From assembly GCF_020745735.1 (NCBI RefSeq), contig NC_083411.1, forward strand, positions 13,351,263-13,415,262: a stretch of 64,000 nt of DNA, read 5' to 3'. Positions 13,501 to 25,115 of this stretch are shown here, piece by piece; within the stretch, counting starts at the first letter, position 1, and each line of letters starts with the position of its first letter. Origin of the DNA: Hemiscyllium ocellatum. Lineage: Eukaryota. Under the pieces are notes generated by a model. It was not told where the DNA came from and searched no databases. It worked only from the letters and a program-made list of their open reading frames with translations. The position numbers and the translations under genes are program-made.

Positions 13501-13700
13501 CTTCGGAATTACTGAATGCCCCAGAGCCCATCCCTGGTCACCCTGCAGCCATATCTCTGTAATCCCAACTATATCATATTCATTTACATCAATTTTCACA
13601 ATTAGTTCATTCACTTTATTTCAAATGCTCCATGTGTTTAGGCACAAAGCCTTAAGGGTTGTCTTTTTCATGTTTCTTGTCCATTCCCACTATACTTTGC
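10560..13700 (-). mobile_element. Decayed CR1 LINE(s), 3' tail through APE region, with a + strand CR1 3' end nested at about 11140-11460
   Basis: Fragments LEYCVRF, KLMGLKANKSPG and YDIVGITEIWL...GGVALLIK (APE). Confidence 0.8.
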
Positions 13701-13990
13701 TGTGGCATTGTTTGATTCTGGCCTTTGATTCCTTTGCTGATCACTTTTCTTGTTGCCATTTCAGTCTTGTGTTCTCATACTTGATTCCTCTCTGACTTTC
13801 ATTAGTTCCTATCCCAGGTGTAGTCTTTTCAGATTGCACCTTTAAAATGAAAGCTAAAACAGGTAGTAGGTAAAAGGAAATGGACTGTAAGCCAAAGGAA
13901 GTGGAGTATTAATATAGGGAGGTCTTGCCAAAATCTATACAAAGCACTAGTCAGATCTCATGTGGAATGTAGCAAACAGTACTTATGGAA

Positions 13991-14095
13991 TGATTCTGAT
14001 GAAGGGCTTTTGCCCGAAACGTCGGATTTTCCTGCTCCTCTGATACTGCCTGACCTGCTGTGCTTTTCCAGCACCACTATAATCTAGATACTGAC
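13991..14095 (+). mobile_element. PLE-derived short element (hammerhead plus CTGCTGTGCTTTTCCAGCACCAC tail)
   Basis: Same family as 38517-38608, 39982-40098, 30870-31067 and 6441-6487. Confidence 0.7.
13994..14025 (+). ncRNA. Minimal hammerhead ribozyme motif (ACGU palindrome family), core intact, stem I weak
   Basis: CTGATGA-A-GGGC-tttt-GCCC-GAA-ACGT-C at 13996-14023; the flanks give only G-U pairs for stem I. Confidence 0.65.
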
Positions 14096-14123
14096 ATCAG
14101 AGGCAGTCCACTTCTTACAAGGA

Positions 14124-14447
14124 TCATAAAATTCCTATGGTGCAGAAAAAGGCCATTCGGCCCATTAAGTTTGCACCAACCCTCCGAAGAGCATCCCACC
14201 CAGACCCACATGCCCAAAACTTTTCATTTCCCAAGGCTAATCCAGCGTTACTGCATATCCCTGGACACTATGGGCAATTTAGCATAGTCAATCCACCTAA
14301 CCTGCACATCTTCGGACTGTGGGAAGAATCTGGAGCACCTGGAGGAAACCAACAGAGACACCGGGAGAACGTGCAAACTCCACACAGACAGTCCCCCGAG
14401 GCTGAAATCGAACCTGGGTGTCTGGTGTGTGAGCCACCATGCTGCCC
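14124..14447 (-). mobile_element. HE1-like V-SINE
   Basis: V-domain, tRNA-like head and CR1-type tail. Confidence 0.9.
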
Positions 14448-14869
14448 GCCTTCAAAGTATGAATTTATAGCTCGCATCTGGGCAATCACAAACTTTGTCC
14501 TGTTCCGTTTTCCCAACTGTTTATAGAAATTGATGATGATCAGAAAATGTTGGATGAAATAGTTAAACTTTTTGTGAAAAATTCATCTGTGATTTCATCT
14601 TACTTCTGGTCATAGAACTGTAAGATAGTTGGAATAAGTATTCTCTTCATTGATCAAATCCTTGAAAAAATAACAATCGAATTTACAAAGTTTGCTATAT
14701 TCTTCCGTGTGGTGTCTAACAAAATGTTCTGTGAATGTTCAGTCGTTATATGATTGCAATTATTATACTACCATGTGCTTAAATGCAAAAAAAAGTCAAC
14801 TTTCATCCAAAAAATGATGGTCTTATCAAAGTTTACAAATCCATTACAATACTATAAAAATATTCAATC

Positions 14870-16010
14870 CATTCTTCTGTCCTCTCCCTGGAGCCTTATA
14901 TCCCCCTAACAATCAAAAACCAATCTCTGTATTAAATACACTCAGTAGCATGGCCTCCACAGCCCTCTGCAGCTCTGAGTTCCACAGATTCACTACCCTC
15001 TGGCTAGAGAAATTCCTTCTCATCTCATTGTCTCTTCACACTGAGGCTGTGCCCATGGATCCTTGTCTCTCCTATGAGTAGAAACATCTTCTCCATATAC
15101 GCTGTCCGTGCTGTAATATCTCTATGACTCTATCCAGGTTTTTAGTATTTTTTAAGTTTCAATGAGTACCCCACATCCTTCTAAATATCACGTGCAGATC
15201 CAGAGTCCTCAAGCGCTCCTCATATGACGAGCCCTTCATCCCTGGGATCACTCTTGTAAATGTCCTCAAGACCCCTTCCCATCCCAGCACAACCTCCTTA
15301 GGTCCAAAACTGCTAACAATATCCCAAACGCTGTCTGACCAGAGCCTTATGCAGCCTCAGCAGTACATTGCTGCCCTTATATTCTAGCCCTTTTGAAATG
15401 AATGCTACCACTTCATTTGCCATCTTAACCACCATATTAACCTAAAGATACTCCTGAATTAGAGCTCCCAAATGCCTTTCTGCTTCAGAGTTCCTGCACT
15501 GCTATAGTTTCTACCAAAATGCATGAACTCACACTTTCCCACAGTATATTCCATCTGTCACTTCTTAACCCACTCGCCCAGCCTGTTCCAAGCTCTTCTG
15601 CAGCCTCCCCACTTCTCAACATTGCTTGTTCCTCCATCTATCTTTACATCATCTGCAAACTGAGCAACAATGCCCTCAGTCCCTTCCTCCAGATCGTTAA
15701 GGTGTTACTTGAATAATTGCGGTCCCAACACGGATCTCGGCGAAACTCCACTAGCCACTGGCTGCCATCCTGAAAATGACTCTTTTCTCCTCACTCTCTA
15801 TGTTCTGCTAGTCAGCCAATCCTCTATCCATGCCAGTACCTTGCCCCAAATACCATGGGCTCTTATCTTATTTTGCAGCCTCCTGTGTGAACTTTGTCAA
15901 AGGCCTTCTTCAAATGCAAATAGATCACATTCACTGGCTCCCCTTCGTCTAACTTGCTGGTTACCTCCTCAATGAAAACTACCAGATTTGTCAGACATGA
16001 CCTCCCCATT
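14870..16010 (-). mobile_element. CR1 RT to 3' fragment
   Basis: Reverse-strand RT-region remnants and CR1 C-terminal sequence. Confidence 0.75.
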
Positions 16011-16116
16011 TGGACATCTTAAATTGAGGCACACAGCTTCTAAAGCAGTCAGCTTTGGAGAGTAATGATCTGCTGTCTAATGAATTATTCTTTTCATTTT
16101 TATTTCTGTATTGCAG

Positions 16117-16396
16117 TTGACGTTTGTATTGACTGGTCTGTGGATCTCAAGAAATACATGGTGCTGGCAGGTGAACCTGTGCGTATAAAATGTGCACTCT
16201 TCTATGGATATATCAGGACTAACTACAGCATGGCGCAAAATTCAGGGCTCAGCCTAATGTGGTATAAAAATAACGGACAAGGAGATTCCGAAGAGCCAAT
16301 TATATTCGCTGGGCGCAGAATGAGTAAGGAAGAGGATTCCATTTGGTTCCATTCAGCAGAGTTACAGGATAACGGATTCTACACTTGTGTATTAAG
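16117..16396 (+). CDS. IL1RAPL2: IL1RAPL2-like coding exon (Ig-like domain 1; equivalent to exon 3)
   Basis: Polypyrimidine tract plus ttgcAG acceptor ends at 16116; donor GTGAGT starts at 16397. Translation (V)[93 protein letters not shown] matches IL1RAPL-family Ig1. [20 protein letters not shown] and GFYTCVLR favour IL1RAPL2 over IL1RAPL1 (from recalled sequences). Confidence 0.93.
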
Positions 16397-17030
16397 GTGA
16401 GTGGAAATTTATGAAATGTGTTATCAACATAAAACTGTACTGTTGAAGGTGTATTGCTATAGATTGAGTAGCAGTTGTAAATCACTTAAAACATTTGGAA
16501 GGTAATGAACTTTAATTCACCATGAATTGGTGAAAAATATTGCAATACTAATGTGTAATGTTGTAAAATCATGCAGGTATGATATAAGTAAAGGGAAAGT
16601 GCAGACAAAAAAAACACTTGTTCCTGAGATATGTTTACATTATTTATGTTTTTAAGGGCTTCAATGGGTTAACAGTTAAAGGCTGTATTTAAGGTATGTC
16701 AGTGTATATCTGTGACCCCTGTTTATTAGTATTCCAGGGCCTGAGCTCCACTTGATACTGGGTGATCAATCTCATGTTACCTTCTTGATGTGTTCCAGAT
16801 TTCACTGACCTCTAGCTTCCTCACACAGTCCTGACTGCAAATGACCTCCCAGAACATTGGAAGCTTTTCAACTTTCACACATTGAAAAGACATGCTCTGA
16901 TGGTGCAAAAGATTTAAATCTGGTGTTTTATTCATGCGATTCAGGATTTATTTGATTATGATGGTGGATCTGGGGGGAGTGGAGAAAATGTGCTACTAAT
17001 AACACCTCACTACTCCACCATGACTGTAAA

Positions 17031-17371
17031 TCATAGAATCCCGACAGGGTGGAAGCAGACCATTCAGCCGATATCTACTCTCTGAACAGTATCCCACCCA
17101 GACCCATCCCCCCTTTCTAACCCGACATTTCCCACTGCTACGTCACCTAGGCTGCACATCCATAGACACTATGAGTAATGTGGCATGGTCAATCCACCCA
17201 ACCTGCACATCTCTGTACTCTGAGAGGAAACTGGAGCACCCAGAGGAAACCCACACAGACACGGCAAGAATATCCAAACTCCACACAGACACTTGCCAGA
17301 GGCTGGAATCAAACCTGGGTCCCTGGCACTGGTAGGCAGCAATCCCAACCACTCAGCCATCATGTCATCCC
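17031..17371 (-). mobile_element. HE1-like V-SINE
   Basis: V-domain plus tail TCATAGAATCCC. Confidence 0.9.
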
Positions 17372-18349
17372 AAGGTGTTAATTAAGTCACCAAAATACAA
17401 CACAACTGATTCTTCTTTCTATGACGAAGGGTATCTTCAGATCATTCACTTTACTGATCTTCTTTATTATCTTTCAGAGGTTCTTGCTGTAAAGGTAATG
17501 TATGTAATATCCAAATTTTACTTCCTTGCCTGTCTATTCCCTCAACTTTACCTGGGAATGTTTGAAATGGTTCTGTGCAACTTTCCAGATTCCCATCAGC
17601 CTCCGTAAGGACACAGACCTGCGATCCAACATCAAGGATCCAGGTTTGTGTCCTATAAACCTTTCCTGATCAATTTCATAGACCCTTAATCTCATGATAA
17701 ATTAATTGTCATGAATTAAATCAAGTGTTTAAACCAAAAAGATTCATTTTGCAAGTTCAGGTGATAAATAATAGAAAATCCAAAACATTGCCCCAATTTT
17801 GGGGATATTCCTGATAACATGCTTTAGTTGTTGTCTTGAGCATCTGATGGTATCTGTCAAAGGTTCCCTTTATTTGTGAGTGACATACTGTGGACTTATG
17901 ATGTCTTGAAAAACTTTGGACAGAAAATTGGAATCTTGTCTGACTGTATTTTTATTGGTAGCCCATGACGAGTAATGGAGTTAATTATTCCACTACTATT
18001 TTAGCTCTGATTCCCCTTATTGAGTAGCTTTTGGGAAGCGTGTCATCATATCCATAATAGTGGGATCACTTAACTCAGAAAGCTGGATGGCTGGTGTATG
18101 ATGCAATAACACCTGCAGTGCAGTTTAATTTCCATATCAACTGAAATTATCATGCAAGTCTCAACGTCTCAACCTCACCCTTCAACTGTCACCTGAGATG
18201 TGGTGACTCTCAAATTATGCACTATCAGTCTCTCTTTCATGAGACTGAGCAGCTCTGTGGTCTAATATTGAGTGTACACTGGGAGAGGTCTTGCAGTTCA
18301 ATAACAGAGTTCTTACCTCTGCTGTGGGTATGGAAGATGCTACTTTGAA

Positions 18350-20340
18350 TGAACTTTGAGGTTTTCCCACTACTTGACACATGTCACAAAATTGCACAAT
18401 GCCCTCATGAACACCTGGTCAATAAAAATGTCAATTTATAAATGCTTGAGTTTTCTATAACCCTACACATCCTGCTATAGGAATTTCATGTGTTACCCAC
18501 AATATTTCTGTGATATATATTTGAATCACCTGTCTACTCTTTGCTGCGGAATGATTTCCTCATCAAATCCCATCTTTCATAAGAACATTGTAGAATTTTG
18601 ATAACCTCAGCTCCAATGTGGGATGGTTATGGTAAATTATTTAACTCCAGAATTGTTACCTGAGAATCAATTAACAATCAAAAACCTAACAATCATTTCT
18701 TTTGGATTATCAACATTTAAGGGAAGTCTTGGCTAACCTAATATCTCCCCGTGGAATCACTTTAACCCCTCATGATGGACTTTACTTAGACCCTGCCTGA
18801 GTCACCACACGTGATGCAAAAATACCTGAAACTTGTCAGTGTCTTTGTTCCATTTCTTTGATCTCACTCAGACAGGATGCGATTATGAGTGAAGCTGTAC
18901 CTTTTGTTTCTGCCAAATCATTAGCTCAGAGTGAATCAACCCCATCCAGAGATAATTTCTGAACAACACCAACTGTCACTTTTCCAGATCTCAAGTCATA
19001 TTCTCAATGCACTCTGGTATGAAATGGGTATGTACTCTCCATTAATTCTATTTATTAAAGTTTGGCTTGCAGTGTGATTTTGGAGAAAACGATGTCTTTT
19101 TCCAGCCAGAGTAGCTACAATATCCCTTAATGTAATTATAGGTTTAGCTGTATTATTTGCATAATAAGGGATTATCTCCCCTCACAACAAAAATTCCTTG
19201 CTTTTCATCTACCTGGTTCACCTCTTCCACACGTTCAGCAGCATTTACCTTTTGTCGCACAGTCATAGTTCAAGCTCCAGATTGATCTCTGTGTTTTCCT
19301 CTGACCTCCCTTTCCAGCATCACCCTGACAAACCTCAAAAGGTCCCCGTTAATTCTTCACATAAACTTCCAACATTCCAAAGTTAAAGGTGTCTCGCTTT
19401 ATTACAATGGAAACACTTAGGTGTTCAATTTCCACCTTCACCATTGGCATCTCTCTTTCCATTGGAGGAGGCGTTAATGGGGAATTCTCAGCTGTCCCTT
19501 TAGTATACTGGCTACTTGTCTTCCCTTTCGTTCTTCTACCTTTCAGCCTTTTCGGTTTTATGCGGTGATAGAAAGAGAAGATTTTTTGGATCAGCTCATA
19601 ATTGTCACCTCCCTCTGTTCCTTGCATAGCTGCTACACTCCTTTTTAAATGGGAGTTCAAGTTACTGGAGGAAGTGAGTTTTTAAATTCCTCCAAGAATA
19701 GTTTCCCTGAGAGCTACAAATATGACACTTACTCCTAAAGCCTGTATCAAACAGTTAAAATTACTTTGCTTTACCTTTTAAATTCGGTGAGAGTCTATCC
19801 AGGCTCCTTTCTCCATTTCAAAATGTTTGTCTGAGAGCCTCAGGCACTGATTCAGATGTACCCAAAATAGTAATTTTTACTGCATTGTAACCTTTTCTAA
19901 AAATGATACATAAACTTCATGAGCTTTACCTGCTTACCTGCTTTATGTGAGCACTCTCTGGTTTTCCTTTGGCTACTTTGCTTGTTTTGCTACCTTTTTA
20001 AATGCCATAAGGAATTCCTTTATATTCTTTTCCTCAAAAGCTTGCTACAGAGAGTGCATATTGAAACATTCCTCACTGGCCTTTGATTATAAGTGGGTTT
20101 TTCTCATTTCTTATTCTTTCTCTCTTTCTTATTCTTTTCCCCTTCCTCTGATATGTTCTCTGTCTTTCTTTTACTGCTATTTAGGAATTCCATTTCCAGC
20201 TGCTCTATTTCCTGTTCATGCTGTAGCATATTTTACTCTTGTTGTATTCCCACTAAATCAATGACTTACCACTTGGGGTATCTGTTCCTCCTTGCCTTTC
20301 CTTCAATTTTCCTATAACATCCTGAACCATGTTGAAGTCA
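18350..20340 (-). mobile_element. Gypsy LTR-retrotransposon internal remnant (Gmr1-like gag, protease, integrase)
   Basis: Minus-strand fragments AGKAHEVYVSF, ESVPEALRQTF, DNYELIQK, zinc knuckle CFHCNKARH, degenerate protease ITLRD and integrase zinc region FCDMCQVVGKPQ. Confidence 0.7.
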
Positions 20341-20508
20341 AATACCTTATCGATTCGGCCATGAGATTACTAAGGGCTTGGCAAATTATCAGTATGGACC
20401 ACAAATAAATCTTAACAAGCAGAGGCTTCTGTCCAACATAATAAAAGATAGTTAATTGCATGATAGCAATGAATAGAAGTTACATCGATTCATTTGATTG
20501 AATTACTA

Positions 20509-21226
20509 TGTTATGAAGATGAGGGTGTCCTGTACCTTCCAGAGAGTTAGAAGCTAGCAGAACTACCTGACACAGCACCAAATGTTCTCAATAAGGTAAC
20601 AATGTAATACTTGGTCAAAAGCTAGATTAGCTGGGTTGCCTGGAAACGGCAAACAGATTTGAATTAGACCAATCACTTTAAATTATACCCTGAAAAATGC
20701 CAAATTCCAATCAAGTTTGAATTTAGTATATTGACAATCTTAAAAGCCAATGACACAATTCGATGCTTTGGAGGTATAAGACCGGGGAAAATTGAACAGT
20801 TGGTAGGAGAACTGCTAAGGCATCAGCATGTAAAGACTGCCCAAACTATGACTCTCTTAAAAGGTGCCTTTATCCATCAGTAACCTGTGAAGTAGAATCC
20901 CCAAGAAGAAGAAAAGAAGACAGGAATACAGAGAAAACTGAAAGCTGCCTGGCTTTGCGATAAAAAATTTTGTTTTGTAAATCTTAATTGGGATTTTTAT
21001 TGGACCAGTATGGTAGAAGGGAAAGTAAAAGGCAGGTTCAAGGAAGGAGTTGTGAATATTTGTTAGTTAATTATTCTCTGTTATACTTTAAGAAATAAAG
21101 TTTTAATTTTGACTTTAAATAGTTCTTGGCCTCTTGAATTATCACAGCTTTCTGCACAGGGTTAAATCTTTTCTCATGGTGTTGCTAGCTTAAATGAAGC
21201 AGGAGTGTTTACCCCGTGTAGTAACA
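20509..21226 (+). mobile_element. Solo LTR (718 bp) with perfect 4-bp TSD
   Basis: TGTTA...TAACA inverted termini; ACTA on both sides (20505-20508, 21227-21230); TATAA near 20775 and AATAAA near 21094. Confidence 0.85.
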
Positions 21227-22534
21227 ACTAAGACATTAGTAGCAAGGTATGTTACTTCTGATCCCGTCAAGATCTTAAGCAAGACTGCCTGATTCTCCAC
21301 TCACAAACTATGATAATATCAGATTGAATAGAGCTTAATACAACTTTTGTATTAAGTATTTCAGAAATATTACCTCATACAACAGACTTTGCACTGTCAT
21401 ATCTAGGGAATGTAAGTACACATTAAAAAGTTGTGAATAGCTAGGCTTTGCAACAAGGGCTTGCAGCTTCTAGCTATTGGGCAATGAATGCAAAGTTAAA
21501 CTGTGTTTGAAAAGGTTAAATTTGCTTCTTGTGTCAGAATTTAGCTGCCCTGTATAAAGATGGTGTTTTCATGCTGAATATCTTTTTGATTCTATAAAGT
21601 AGGTGCAATAAAAGAAGGAGAAAAGCTTTGTAGAAGTGGTGATAGGAAGCAACAGGCAATGTTTGAGAATACCTAAGGTAAAGGGGACCAATTATTGGAA
21701 AGTAAGATGAGTTTTGGTTTTTATTTTCTGAATCATTGAACATTTCATGTTCATTATGCTTTATTTTAATTTGAGATCCATACTACAGTGGATGGGAGGC
21801 CAAAATGTTCACTGAGAGGGCTATGAACATCATTTTCAAAGATTTGTATAGTTCTTTCAATTTCTTTCATGAATGAGGTCAATCTTTTAAAGTGTCTGTG
21901 ATTGTTTTTCATGAAGGATTGTCTTTATTTGTTTGAATAACACATTTTGCCCATGATTCTACTCCTAATAATTCATAGCAAGGTAAACCTACCCAGTCAA
22001 ACATATTGTCAGCTTAAAACCTCAACTAAGAGAAATGTTAAGTCATTGAAAGAATTTATTTAACTTTACAAGCTATGTACTCATTCTTGTAATGAATTGT
22101 CGTTTGCAAAGGTGGCTAAATTATCTCCGGGTAGAATATACCTGCAGGTTAATAAAAGCAGAAATAACTTTTTCTTTAAGTTTAGCATTTATCAACACTT
22201 AGAATCCTAATTTAAGAATCTGAGATATGATGATCTAGATGTGTTCCTGTGAAGATTTAAATGAGTCCTTTTACTCACTTTTATACTTGCTTCTGAATAT
22301 TTATTGTGAAAATTAATTCTCAATTGCATAATTCTAAAAGCTGTATGACGGAATATTGAAGATAGTAATATCTTAACTATTCTACTTTCAACTTAGACAT
22401 ATTGTTTAAATCCACTTTAAAACAAACAGATATTCAATCAAATAAGCTTTTAAAGATTAAAAAAATACTCAATCCTGTATAATTTCATCAGATTCTTTGT
22501 CTCACCCTCTGGGAGAGATTTTGTGGTAAACATA

Positions 22535-22870
22535 CAGAAACATAAAAGTTCGGAGCAGGGGTAGGCCATTGGACACCTTGATCCTGCTGTACCAATTCAA
22601 TATAATTATCAGCTCATCACTGAGCACCCCCCACCCCCCCACGCCCCTCCACCTTTTGATCTCTTTTGCATAACGTTTTGGCCTCAACCATTTTCTGTGA
22701 GAATGAATTCCACAGGGTAATCTCTGGGTGAAGAGGTTTCTCCTCATCTCAGTCCTAAAAGATTTACCCCTTATCCCGAAACTATGATTCCTGGTTACGG
22801 ACTCTCTCACTAATGCAAACATCTAACCTGTATGGTCCTGTCGGAAATTTATTGGTTTCTGAGATCGTCC
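22535..22870 (-). mobile_element. CR1 3' fragment
   Basis: TRNHSFGIRGKSFRTEMRRNLFTQR. Confidence 0.8.
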
Positions 22871-23489
22871 CTCTGTCTTCGACACTGACCTTGTTGTGGC
22901 CTAATGGCTGCCCTGATGGTGTGTCTTTTTTAAAAAGTATATTTGTTGTCCTTTTTTTGGCTCCATGGCAAAAAGAGATCAACTGTCTTTGTTTGTTATA
23001 TGGCTACAAACATAACTCTTATCAATTTGCTTCTATTATTTCATGAATTCTTAAGATTAAATATAAGTAGTTCTCCTATTTGGTTTCCACACAAATGTTT
23101 TGCTGCTCTTCGAGATACAGTCGCAGGAGCAGTCCTGAACTTTGCTGTATAGTGCTTTTTGGCACCTATTCAAACGCTGGACGTAATGCATTTTATTTAA
23201 ACTAATTTTTATTATCTTAATTAATATGTTAATTTTTTCATTAATATTTAAGTTCATAGCTTAGTCACTTCACAATTGCAGATACATAACGCATTGTTCT
23301 ATGTTTTAAAGTGCTAACTTTTACAAATGCAACCATTTTGCGTGATTTTTTTTTACATGTTAATTTGTTGAAAATCTGAATAATTAGTCAAATGTATGGT
23401 TCCACACCCATAGTGCTACATGACATTGTTTTGTGAGGAACAACTTCAGGGGCAGATGGGCAAACTTACTAATGTTTCTAAGAATATAG

Positions 23490-24390
23490 TTTGACAATTA
23501 CCATCAGTGAGTCAGATGTCCTGGTCCAGAATATTGCCATATTGCCATTAACCAAATTAACGATGTAACAGTGAAGCACGTTGATGGCTTCACATATCAA
23601 AGCTCCACAATGAACAACAATCAACGCACACATGACGCAAAAGCTGCAGCTGTTCTGTCTGCGCTGCTTAAGAAAGCAAGAAAGAATGGCACAGTAACCA
23701 CACCAACAATGAGGTGACCTGGTGGCTCACAGCTCTAGGGACTAAGGTTCGATTCCACCCTCGGGCAAATGTATGTGTGCATCTGTGTGGGTTTTCTCCC
23801 ACAGACTGCAAATGTGCAAGTTGGGTGGATTGGCAATGCTAAATTGCTGATAGTGTCCAGGCTAGGTGGATTAGCCATGGGAAATGCAGAGTTACAAGAA
23901 TAGGATAGTGGGATGGGTCTGGGTGGGATGCTCTTCAGAAGGTCCGTGTAGACTCGATATGCTGAATGGCCTGCTTGCATACTGGGATTCTGGGATTTTG
24001 AGAAGACAGCACCAAACTGAGAGTCTACCAAACTTGCCTTCTTAGAAAAGGTTCAACAGTTGTGTGACCTGGGTAAGATATTCTTTGCAGGACGAAAGGT
24101 TTCCATTGTTGTTTCCTTTAGAATATGTTCAATATCTGTTGACAGAATAAGTTGTAGAGCACACTAATTCCACAAGCATGTACTCATTGGGGAAACAATG
24201 ATACCTTCTCTAAGTTGGCCATATTTATCAGACAGATGATGGCATAAACCCAAAGACCCATATAGTGAGACTGGCCACTGGGTCATGACTTCCAGAACAG
24301 CCATGTGTCCACGATAAGAATACCTGTAAATGAGATATGAATATAGCAGATGTTAACATTGACAACTGAGAGACCCTCACTGATGGACAT
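23490..24390 (+). mobile_element. Highly decayed RTE-clade LINE 3' fragment interrupted by an HE1 SINE
   Basis: Remnants resembling the RTE C-terminus (HVDGFTY...ST; DDGINPK; NTCK*DM). Confidence 0.45.
23713..23992 (+). mobile_element. HE1-like V-SINE (internally deleted)
   Basis: GGTTCGATTCC B-box, partial V-domain and tail. Confidence 0.8.
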
Positions 24391-24564
24391 GAGTTATGTA
24401 GGCTGGCTGTTTGGAAGAAAAGTGGAAGAGGTGAACACAAACAAAAGGCTCAACTGAGGGGAATAAAAGGACCCAGGCAAAAAAATTAAGCCAGCAAATC
24501 TTGCACTTCCTCTGCTCACTCTGCAGCTAATGCAGCAGAGTCTGTCAAAGCAAAGTAGGGCTCC

Positions 24565-25115
24565 TGAGGAGTAGGCCATTCGGCCCTTCGAGTCTGCACC
24601 ACCATTCAATATGATCATGGCTGAACATGCAATCTCAGTAACCCATTCTTGCTTTCTCTCTATACCCATTGATCCCTTTAGCCCATGGGCCACACCCAGC
24701 TCCCTCTTGAATATATCTAATGAACAGGCCCCAACAGCTTCCTGTGGGAGAGAATTCCACAGATTCACAACTCTGTGAGTGAAGAAATTCTTCCACATAG
24801 AGTCATAGAGATGTACAGCATCTCAGTCCTGAATAGCTCAAGCCTGTTCAGTCCTATCAGGATTTTATATGTTTCTATGAGATACTCCCTTCATTCTTCG
24901 AAATTCCAGTACAAGCCCAGTTGATCCAATCTTTCCTCATATGTCAGTCCTGCCATGCCAGGAATCGGTGTGGTGGACCTTCGCTTGACTCCCTCAATGG
25001 CAAGAATGTCCTTCCTCAGACTAAGAGACCAAAACTGCACACCACACTCAAGGTGTGACCTTATCAAGGCCCTGTATAACTGCAACAAGATATCCCTACT
25101 CCTGTACTCAAATCC
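24565..25115 (-). mobile_element. CR1 3' fragment
   Basis: FEYRSRDILLQLYRALIRSHLE and FFTHRVVNLWNSLPQ. Confidence 0.85.

Noticed and set aside
16065-16116. N-terminal part of ORF 16065..16400 as a start or signal peptide
   Set aside because: It is read-through of the intron's polypyrimidine tract; homology begins at the AG acceptor (16117).
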